DNA of 42,927 bases, taken from assembly GCA_964397155.1 (NCBI GenBank), contig CAYNHB010000003.1:1-42927 (forward strand), written 5' to 3'. Numbering within the stretch: the stretch's first letter is position 1; every line of letters starts with the position of its first letter. Made by a program: the position numbers and the translations under genes. Shown in pieces: positions 36,417 through 42,927 of the stretch. Source of the stretch: an uncultured Candidatus Saccharibacteria bacterium (GTDB lineage: Bacteria > Patescibacteriota > Minisyncoccia > Minisyncoccales > Staskawiczbacteraceae). The notes under the pieces were generated by a model. It searched no databases, had not been told where the DNA came from, and saw only the letters and a program-made list of their open reading frames with translations.

Positions 36417-36571
36417 TGTGGCAAAGGGATTTGCCACACAAGAAACTGCTTGCATGGTTTTTACGAGCGAGAGTTTTAAAATTCAGGGCTCGGAAGACAC
36501 CCCCGTTTAGCGGGGCTAACCCAGATAATTTTGCTTTAAAGATTATCGGTGATATGGATAAAATCAGGCAA
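36417..36571 (+). ncRNA. Candidate structured DGR RNA leader 5' of TR2
   Basis: TATAAT 36406-36411; TGTGGCAAA-GGGA-TTTGCCACA; closing helix 36450-36461/36560-36571 around stems 36464-36492, 36501-36515 and 36524-36547. Confidence 0.75.
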
Positions 36572-36576
36572 TAAAA

Positions 36577-36696
36577 CGGGTTCGCGCTATCAGGACGGTA
36601 ATGTCCCGAACGTCAACTGGAATCCTGACAACCGCAAGGTCTATGTCAACTGGTACAACCTCGATAACTCCAACGACAATCTGCGTTCCCGCTCCG
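36577..36696 (+). repeat. DGR2 template repeat (TR2)
   Basis: AAC-rich intergenic copy of VR2 upstream of the RT. Confidence 0.95.
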
Positions 36697-36748
36697 AAGT
36701 CTCTGCATAACGAGAGCCAACGGCTCTCTTTGTGTTTATAAATAAAAT

Positions 36749-37808
36749 ATGAAAATTAAAAATGCAAAACTGAACGGGGGGGGGTATTAAAAGAAACAAT
36801 TTATTTGAAAAGATAACATCTTTAGAGAATTTATATTTATCATGGAAAGAATTTAAAAAAGGAAAAACTAAAAAGAAAGATGTTCGAAAGTTCAAGAAAA
36901 ATCTAAAAAACAACATTTTAAAATTACATCAAGAATTAAAGATAAAGAGGTATCAACATTCAGAATACTTTTCATTTTATATCAAAGACCCAAAGTTACG
37001 ACATATCCATAAAGCAACAGTTAAAGACAGGGTTTTGCATCACGCAGTTTTTAGGATTTTATACCCAATATTTGATAAAACATTTATTTTTGATTCTTAT
37101 TCTTGTAGAATTAACAAAGGAATTCATAGAGCGATAAACAGATTAAACAAATTTTTTAGAAAAGCCAGTCAGAATAACACAAAAATATGTTATGTTTTAA
37201 AATGCGATATTAAGAAATTTTTTGATTCAATAGATCACGCTATTTTAATGGATTTGGTTAAACAGAAAATAAAAGATAAAAACGCAATCTGGCTGATAAA
37301 CAAAATAATCGAAAGCTACTCAATCAAGACCGGAAAGGGTATTCCTTTGGGTAATATAACCAGCCAGCTATTTGCAAATATTTATTTAAACGAGCTCGAC
37401 CAATTTATTAAGCATAAATTAAAAGTTAAGTATTATATAAGGTATTGTGATGATTTTGTAATATTGGATAAAGACAAATTTTATTTGCAGAAATTAATTT
37501 CACTTATAAATAATTTTTTAGCAAACGAATTAAAATTAGTTCTGCATCCAAATAAAGTAATGATCAGAAAATATCGACAGGGAATTGATTTTTTAGGATA
37601 TGTTTGTTTTCCTTACGATAGGATTTTGAGACTCAAGACAAAAAAGAGGATGTTTAGAAAAATAAAAAGAAAATTAGTAATTTTGAATGTCGGCGAAATA
37701 GCAAAAGAACATTTTAATCACATGATGCAGTCGTACTATGGAGTTTTAAGGCATTGTAATTCGCATAAACTGAATAAAATTTTGAATAAATTTATTTTAG
37801 TAATATAA
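36749..37808 (+). pseudogene. DGR reverse transcriptase RT2, frameshifted in G9 tract 36776-36784 (candidate phase-OFF state)
   Basis: ATG 36749 reads MKIKNAKLNGGGY*; removing one G gives KLNGGGIKRNNLFEKI..., colinear with RT1, through GNITSQLFAN and YCDDF to the stop at 37808. Confidence 0.9.
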
Positions 37809-37815
37809 TAGAAGC

Positions 37816-38160
37816 ATGAGCCATGTTTTGGTTTTTATCTTAGGCATATTAATAGGTGCTGGGGGCGTGCGGTTTTATATGCAGGAAAGGCTGGACAGAG
37901 ATAAAAGTTCGTATAAAAATGAAAATTACAAAAAAGTTTTAGAAGTGCTTGATAAGCAGGCTGCAGGTAAAGAAAAAAACAATAAAAAAGTTTTGGAATT
38001 TTTAGAGAACAAAGATAAAGTTACAAATAATGATATAGAAAAATTGTTAGGGATTTCAAATGCCACAGCAGAAAGATATTTAGACGAACTGGAGAAGAAG
38101 GGTGTTTTAAGACAAATTGGAAAAACTGGCCATTACACATATTACGTCAAAAATTTTTAA
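37816..38160 (+). CDS. Membrane-anchored winged-helix (DeoR-like HTH) protein
   Basis: N-terminal TM; VTNNDIEKLLGISNATAERYLDELEKKG; paralog of 6734-7051. Confidence 0.8.
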   Translation: MSHVLVFILGILIGAGGVRFYMQERLDRDKSSYKNENYKKVLEVLDKQAAGKEKNNKKVLEFLENKDKVTNNDIEKLLGISNATAERYLDELEKKGVLRQIGKTGHYTYYVKNF

Positions 38161-38162
38161 TA

Positions 38163-38191
38163 TTTTAACGTCTCATCGCGGTGAGGCGTTG
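38163..38191. repeat. Right palindromic direct repeat flanking the DGR2 cassette
   Basis: TTTTAACGTCTCATCGCGGTGAGgcGTTG. Confidence 0.8.
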
Positions 38192-38205
38192 GAATTTTAA
38201 TTAAA

Positions 38206-38979
38206 ATGAAGAATTGTAACCCGATTTTTATAGACAATAAATCAAAAGTGGGTGTTTTAATGCTTCATGGTTTTAGCGGGAGCCCAAAACAGTTTACAGA
38301 GCTCGCAGATTATCTTTCTGCAAGAGGCCTTACGGTTTATGTTCCGCTTATTGCCGGGCATGGCACAACTCCTGAGGATTTTATGAACAGCAATCCTGAT
38401 GATTGGAAGGATTCGGTTAAAAAAGCTTATTTAAAAATAAAAGAAACTTCCGAAAAAATCATAATAATAGGGAATTCCTTTGGGTCAAATTTGGGTTTTT
38501 GGCTGGCAGAAAAGTTTAATAACGAACCGGCAGCTATAATTTCTTTGGGAGCCCCAATTTTTTTAAGGTGGCAAAAGTTTTTAAAATTCCGGCTGGCCAC
38601 TTATGGCAGGTTTGTAAAATATTATAAAAAACCATCAAGAATGTATAAAATTGATTATACTGATATGAAAGATAAAGTTTCTTATCCGGTGATTCCTATA
38701 AAAAGTTTTAAAGAATTTCTTGATTTTATAGAAGAGGAAACTATGCCGAATTTGCATAAAGTAAATGCCCCGATTTTAATAGCCAATGCCAACCACGACA
38801 CAGTAATTCATCCAAGAAGCGCAGCATATATATTTTCTAATATAGGATCTCAAATAAAAGAAGTTTTCTGGTTCAACTCAGACCAGCACGGAGTGGCTGA
38901 AGCGGGATGCGAGGGTTTGTTTTCGAAAATACACAGCTTCATAAGAGAGATAATGCAACCTAAAATCAATAATGTATAA
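38206..38979 (+). CDS. Alpha/beta-hydrolase carboxylesterase
   Basis: LHGFSG, AGHG, nucleophile GNSFG, catalytic D (HDTVI) and H (DQHG). Confidence 0.88.
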   Translation: MKNCNPIFIDNKSKVGVLMLHGFSGSPKQFTELADYLSARGLTVYVPLIAGHGTTPEDFMNSNPDDWKDSVKKAYLKIKETSEKIIIIGNSFGSNLGFWLAEKFNNEPAAIISLGAPIFLRWQKFLKFRLATYGRFVKYYKKPSRMYKIDYTDMKDKVSYPVIPIKSFKEFLDFIEEETMPNLHKVNAPILIANANHDTVIHPRSAAYIFSNIGSQIKEVFWFNSDQHGVAEAGCEGLFSKIHSFIREIMQPKINNV

Positions 38980-40711
38980 ATCAATACCAGAGGTTTTTTT
39001 TGAAACAGCAAAAAAATACGGCAAAAAGCCGGCCTTGCTTTATAAAAAAGAAGGTGTTTATTTTCCTATTACTTATACAGAACTTGAAAAGAAAGTAAAA
39101 ATATTTGCATCGGGCCTTCAAAAACTTGGAATAGAAAAAGGAGATAACATTGCAATTCTATCTGAAAACAGACCCGAATGGGTGATATCTGATTTAGCAA
39201 TAATGGCTTCGGGCGGAGTGGTTGTGCCCTTACACACCACATTCAGCGCAAAAGCAATAGCAAATGTTTTGACTCATTCAAAATCAAAAATTTTAATCGT
39301 TTCAAACAGCGACCTTCTAAACAAAGTTTTAATCGGGCAAAAGCACTTAAAATACCTTAAAAAAGTTATTTTTTTAGATAAGCTCACTTCTTCCCAAAAA
39401 GAAATTTTAACAAATAAGGTAATCGGTTGGAATGCAATATTAAAACAAAAAAATGAATCTGAATACGAAGATATATTTTTAGATCCAGACGATCCCTGCA
39501 GTATAATTTATACTTCCGGCACAACAGGTAAGCCAAAAGGAGTTGTGCTTTCTCATATGAATTTTTTAAGTAACACAGAGGCCATAAACGAAGTTATTCC
39601 AGTAAAAGAAAGTGATGTATTTTTATCATTTTTACCCTTATCTCATGTTTTAGAAAGGCAGGCAGGATATTATATGCCGCTTTGTTACGGAGCCACTATT
39701 GCTTATGCAGAAGGCATAAAACAGCTTCCGCAAAACTTAAAAGAAGTAAAGCCCACAATACTGATTTCTGTTCCTAGGATTTTTGAAAAATTCCACGATG
39801 CTATATGGGACAAGGTCAATTCTTCTTCAAAATTACAAAAAAAGCTTTTTTTATGGGCGTTGAGACAAAAAAAAGGTTGTGCCCTTTATCGCCTTGCTGA
39901 CATTTTAGTGTTTAAAAAGGTAAGGCAGCAGCTGGGGGGAAAACTGCGTATTTCTGTTTCAGGGGGCGCTTCCTTAAATGAAAAAGTTGCCAGGTTTTTT
40001 TCAAAAATGGGAATTTTAATACTGGATGGCTACGGCTTAACCGAAACCTCTCCTGTGGTTTCTGTTAACAGAGAAAACGATTTAAAATTCGGCACAGTGG
40101 GCAAGCTTATTCCAGGAGTAAAAATTAAGATAAAAGAAGACACAAAAGAAGTTTTGGTAAGAGGCCCGAATGTTTTTAAAGAATATTTTAAAAACAAAAA
40201 AGAAACAAAGCAAAGCTTTGATAAAGAAGGGTGGTTTCAAACAGGCGACATGGGTTTTTACGACAAGCAAGGTTTTCTGACTATTATTGGCAGGGGCAAG
40301 GAAATGATTGTAACATCTGGAGGCAAAAACGTATGGCCAGAAAAAATAGAAAATCTGCTTAATGATGACAAGTTTGTTTCACAGTCAATGGCATTGGGAA
40401 ACAAAAGAAAATTTATTTCAGCTTTGATAGTTCCTGATTGGCAGGAAGTTGAAATTTATATGAAGGAAAACAATCTGCCTTTACAAGAACACCAAAATCT
40501 TATCAAAAAACCGCATATTTTAGAAATTTTTCAAAAACGCTTAGATGAAAAGATAAATCCGAATTTAGACGACTTTGAAAAAATCAAAAAATTTAAACTG
40601 TTGCCTCAAGAATTCTCTCAGGAGCAAGATGAGCTTACTCCAACCCTTAAGTTACGAAGGCACATTGTTGAAAAACACTACAAAAAAGCCATAGAATCAA
40701 TGTACAAATAA
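38972..40711 (+). CDS. Long-chain fatty-acid--CoA ligase (AMP-dependent synthetase)
   Basis: YTSGTTGKPKG, LPLSHVLE, GYGLTETSP, TGD, ELTPTLKLRR. Confidence 0.92.
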   Translation: MYKSIPEVFFETAKKYGKKPALLYKKEGVYFPITYTELEKKVKIFASGLQKLGIEKGDNIAILSENRPEWVISDLAIMASGGVVVPLHTTFSAKAIANVLTHSKSKILIVSNSDLLNKVLIGQKHLKYLKKVIFLDKLTSSQKEILTNKVIGWNAILKQKNESEYEDIFLDPDDPCSIIYTSGTTGKPKGVVLSHMNFLSNTEAINEVIPVKESDVFLSFLPLSHVLERQAGYYMPLCYGATIAYAEGIKQLPQNLKEVKPTILISVPRIFEKFHDAIWDKVNSSSKLQKKLFLWALRQKKGCALYRLADILVFKKVRQQLGGKLRISVSGGASLNEKVARFFSKMGILILDGYGLTETSPVVSVNRENDLKFGTVGKLIPGVKIKIKEDTKEVLVRGPNVFKEYFKNKKETKQSFDKEGWFQTGDMGFYDKQGFLTIIGRGKEMIVTSGGKNVWPEKIENLLNDDKFVSQSMALGNKRKFISALIVPDWQEVEIYMKENNLPLQEHQNLIKKPHILEIFQKRLDEKINPNLDDFEKIKKFKLLPQEFSQEQDELTPTLKLRRHIVEKHYKKAIESMYK

Positions 40712-40712
40712 T

Positions 40713-40952
40713 ATGGATGGGAGGAGGAGGGAAAACATTAAAATAGGGGCGGAGGTGGATATAGTTTTGAAAAAAGACCAGCCAACAGGGAAATTGACTC
40801 ATGGCAGGGTCGCTCAAATTTTGACTGGTAAAAAAATCCACCCGCGCGGCATTAAGGTGCGTTTGGAAAACGGCCAGGTTGGCAGAGTGCAAAAAGTTTA
40901 CCCTAAATTTCCAAAAATAAACGGCATTGAATACCAAGAGGGCCTAACATGA
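40713..40952 (+). CDS. YwbE-family protein
   Basis: VLKKDQPTGKLT.G.V..ILT....HPRGIKVRL..GQVGRV. Confidence 0.88.
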   Translation: MDGRRRENIKIGAEVDIVLKKDQPTGKLTHGRVAQILTGKKIHPRGIKVRLENGQVGRVQKVYPKFPKINGIEYQEGLT

Positions 40953-40993
40953 AATTTGACATTTTTATAGATAATTTGATATAATAATTTATT

Positions 40994-41212
40994 ATGAAAA
41001 AAATAAACTTTAAAAATGTGGTCTGGAAAGAAGGCAAGTATTATGTTGCTCAGTGTTTAAATGTTGATGTTTCTAGCTTTGGTAGAACTAAAAAAGAGGC
41101 CTTAAAAAATTTAGATGAAGCATTAGAATTATACCTTGAGGATAAAAAAGCGTTTAAGTTACCCGAGGTCAACAAACCAGAGTTGATTGATTTGTCGTTA
41201 AAGCATGCTTAA
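40994..41212 (+). CDS. hicB: HicB-family antitoxin (short, no DNA-binding domain)
   Basis: YVAQC...DVSSFGRTKKEALKNLDEALELYLE; promoter TTGACA-18-TATAAT at 40956-40985. Confidence 0.85.
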   Translation: MKKINFKNVVWKEGKYYVAQCLNVDVSSFGRTKKEALKNLDEALELYLEDKKAFKLPEVNKPELIDLSLKHA

Positions 41213-41215
41213 CCT

Positions 41216-41437
41216 ATGCCAAAACTTTATTCGTCAAGTCATATTGCAAAAGTCCTTCAAAGAAAGGGCTTTGTTTATGTGTCGCAAAAAGGAAGTCATG
41301 TGAAATTTCGCAAGCACCTTAAAAATTCTGTATTGACGGTTATAGTCCCAGCAAACAGAAAAGAAATTCCTTATGGGACTTTTAGGTCTATTTTAAGGCA
41401 GTCAAAATTAGAAGAAAAAGATTTTAAAATTAAATAA
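41216..41437 (+). CDS. hicA: HicA-family toxin
   Basis: GF..VSQKGSHVKF, VIVP, EIPYGTFRSILRQ. Confidence 0.88.
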   Translation: MPKLYSSSHIAKVLQRKGFVYVSQKGSHVKFRKHLKNSVLTVIVPANRKEIPYGTFRSILRQSKLEEKDFKIK

Positions 41438-41444
41438 AATATAT

Positions 41445-41624
41445 ATGAACGAAAATAAGCAATACACGCCAAAAGGAAAATGTCCTTTTTGCAAAGGAGA
41501 AGTTACTTTAGAAATGGTAAAAAGAGAGAAAAAGGGCATTGGCATATTTAAACAAGAGATAATGTACATGTGCCCCCACTGCCAAGCTGTTTTAGGCTTT
41601 AGCAGAGGCAAATTTACAACATAA
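41445..41624 (+). CDS. 59-aa zinc-ribbon protein (not in the ORF track)
   Basis: MNENKQYTPKGKCPFCKGEVTLEMVKREKKGIGIFKQEIMYMCPHCQAVLGFSRGKFTT*, with two CxxC pairs. Confidence 0.75.
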   Translation: MNENKQYTPKGKCPFCKGEVTLEMVKREKKGIGIFKQEIMYMCPHCQAVLGFSRGKFTT

Positions 41625-41679
41625 GGATTGACACGGGGCTATAATGTGCTAATATGTAATATACATTAAAAATTATAAA

Positions 41680-41921
41680 ATCTTTGATTCAGGTCCCTGG
41701 CAAAAGCTGGGGGTTGGGCCCGATGAGATGGCTTGTGCGTCAGTGCAGGCTCGGCTTCCTCCGTAACCATAGGATAATCGCTGAATCCCGCCTAGGCGGG
41801 AGGAGTCGATGAAAGAGCCCTATGCCGAATTATTCGGCCGGGAATCGGGGTGGTACCGCGAGAATACTTCTCGTCCCTGTTGCGTAGCTTTGTCTGCGCC
41901 ATAGAGACGAGAAGTTTTTTA
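41680..41921 (+). promoter_or_regulatory. T-box riboswitch leader (5' boundary approximate)
   Basis: T-box AATCGGGGTGGTACCGCG 41843-41860; antiterminator partner CGTCCCT; terminator ACTTCTCGTC 41866-41875 / GACGAGAAGT 41906-41915 plus T run; promoter TTGACA at 41628. Confidence 0.85.
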
Positions 41922-41965
41922 TTGCTTTTTGAACAAACACGCACATTAACAAAGGGGTTGCTGGC

Positions 41966-42166
41966 ATGGAGTATGAACAGACATGTCCGAAATGCGGGGT
42001 CAAACTTCCGCCGTCCAGCGAGGAAGGAAAACACAATTTTTGCCCCTCAAGCGAATTTATACGAGGCAAGATCGTGGAGATTTGTATGGAGTGCAAAATA
42101 CAGGAAGTGGTGGCAATATGGAGCGGACGTAGGCCTGGCAAGACAAGTGGGGGATTCTTAGGATAA
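41966..42166 (+). CDS. 66-aa Cys-rich hypothetical protein downstream of the T-box
   Basis: RBS-like AAGGGG; CPKC, HNFC, CMEC; followed by a terminator. Confidence 0.6.
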   Translation: MEYEQTCPKCGVKLPPSSEEGKHNFCPSSEFIRGKIVEICMECKIQEVVAIWSGRRPGKTSGGFLG

Positions 42167-42192
42167 GGGGCTTTTGCAAAAGCCCCTTTTTA
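42165..42192 (+). terminator. Intrinsic terminator
   Basis: AAGGGGCTTTT-gc-AAAAGCCCCTT followed by a T run. Confidence 0.75.
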
Positions 42193-42416
42193 TAATTCTG
42201 GTTTTTTTGGGGGCTCAATACGCACGGCGGGTGGCGTATTGGGGCAGGAGGCGTTTTCTGCCGTGGCGGTGGTTTTTGTTTCTCGTTTTGTGATATAATG
42301 AGTAAAAAAGCAAAGCGGGAAAAATGAAAAAATTAGACGAAAAATTTTGGGAAAAATAATATAAATTTAAAAATCAAATATCAAAAATTAAAATTACAGT
42401 TTAAATTTGAAAAACC

Positions 42417-42725
42417 ATGGATATAAAAAAAATGCAAAAAATTGTAGATGATTGGATAAAAACCAATACAAAGGGCTACTGGAAGCCAAACAATATAATG
42501 TTAAGATTGATGGAAGAGGTTGGCGAATTAGCAAGAGCAATAAATCATAGATTTGGAGAGAAGCGAAAAAAACAAAAAGAAGCAGATAAAGAAATCAGCT
42601 CTGAATTAGCGGACGTTCTTTATGATATAATCTGCATAGCCAATTCTCTAAATATAGATTTAGAAGATGCATTCAAGCACACTATAGAAAAATATGAAAA
42701 ACGAGATAAATATAGACATCGGTAA
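42417..42725 (+). CDS. MazG-like nucleotide pyrophosphohydrolase (YpjD-like)
   Basis: RLMEEVGELAR, ELADVL, IANSLNIDL, KYEKRD. Confidence 0.9.
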   Translation: MDIKKMQKIVDDWIKTNTKGYWKPNNIMLRLMEEVGELARAINHRFGEKRKKQKEADKEISSELADVLYDIICIANSLNIDLEDAFKHTIEKYEKRDKYRHR

Positions 42726-42844
42726 CAATTACAAAAATTTAAAAAATTTTGGGAGAAATATTTTAAGGGCAAGGAATAATGAAAGTAACCGTCGTACAAG
42801 ATAAAAATTTAGAGAAATATTAAAAAATTGACTACGCTTTGTCG

Positions 42845-42875
42845 CAAGCCCCGCCCTAAAGGGCGGGGTGGTGGC
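42845..42875. repeat. GC-rich palindrome resembling an IS200/IS605-family end
   Basis: CAAG-CCCCGCCC-taaa-GGGCGGGG-TGGTGGC. Confidence 0.45.
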
Positions 42876-42927
42876 GCTGTTCGGAAACTCTCAAATATGG
42901 TAGAATAAGGTAACATGAGAAGAACAG

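Larger units (their letters stand above)
35593..37808 (+). mobile_element. Diversity-generating retroelement DGR2 (target/VR, hairpins, structured RNA, TR, RT; no avd)
   Basis: VR 36149-36268 vs TR 36577-36696 differ only at TR adenines; DGR-type RT downstream. Confidence 0.96.

Noticed and set aside
36762-36773. ATG CAA AAC TGA in the RT2 frame, suggesting TGA recoding (genetic code 25) could rescue RT2
   Set aside because: TGA ends ordinary genes here (14647, 27454, 30795) and long genes have no internal TGA; the G-tract frameshift gives a better alignment to RT1
41792-42161. ORFs 41792-42034, 41830-42141 and 41850-42161
   Set aside because: They overlap the T-box antiterminator and terminator and are better explained as regulatory RNA
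1-42927. CRISPR array, tRNA or rRNA genes
   Set aside because: No regularly spaced repeat-spacer series or recognisable tRNA/rRNA sequence seen; the palindromic repeats are dispersed

Overview
AT-rich chromosomal window, almost all on the + strand. Gene content suggests a Patescibacteria/CPR (Parcubacteria-like) genome, which is an inference. The housekeeping backbone is secA, secDF, pgk, recJ-like, ybeY, ftsA-ftsZ, nrdDG, comEC, htrA, clpB, fadD-like, hicBA and mazG-like. The main signal is two paralogous diversity-generating retroelements (DGRs) at ~1-1991 and ~35593-37808. Each has a target gene with a 120-bp variable repeat (VR), a 120-bp template repeat (TR) differing at adenines, and a DGR-type reverse transcriptase (RT). 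Neither has an avd gene. Each instead has a promoter-driven ~150-nt multi-stem RNA, with compensatory changes between the copies, directly 5' of the TR. Both RTs are broken by single-base homopolymer frameshifts, and both carry a G9 tract near the start codon, a candidate phase-variation switch. DGR2 is bracketed by palindromic direct repeats. Other oddities: a Phe-codon attenuator ahead of an orphan DAHP-synthase-like regulatory domain; a T-box ahead of a tiny Cys-rich ORF; a 30-bp palindromic repeat inserted in frame in secA, secF, ftsA and ftsZ; an FtsZ lacking its tail and a catalytic Asp; and a GC-rich pyrD-pyrC pair with an amber stop in pyrD. All alignments, counts and protein family calls were done by eye, without database searches.
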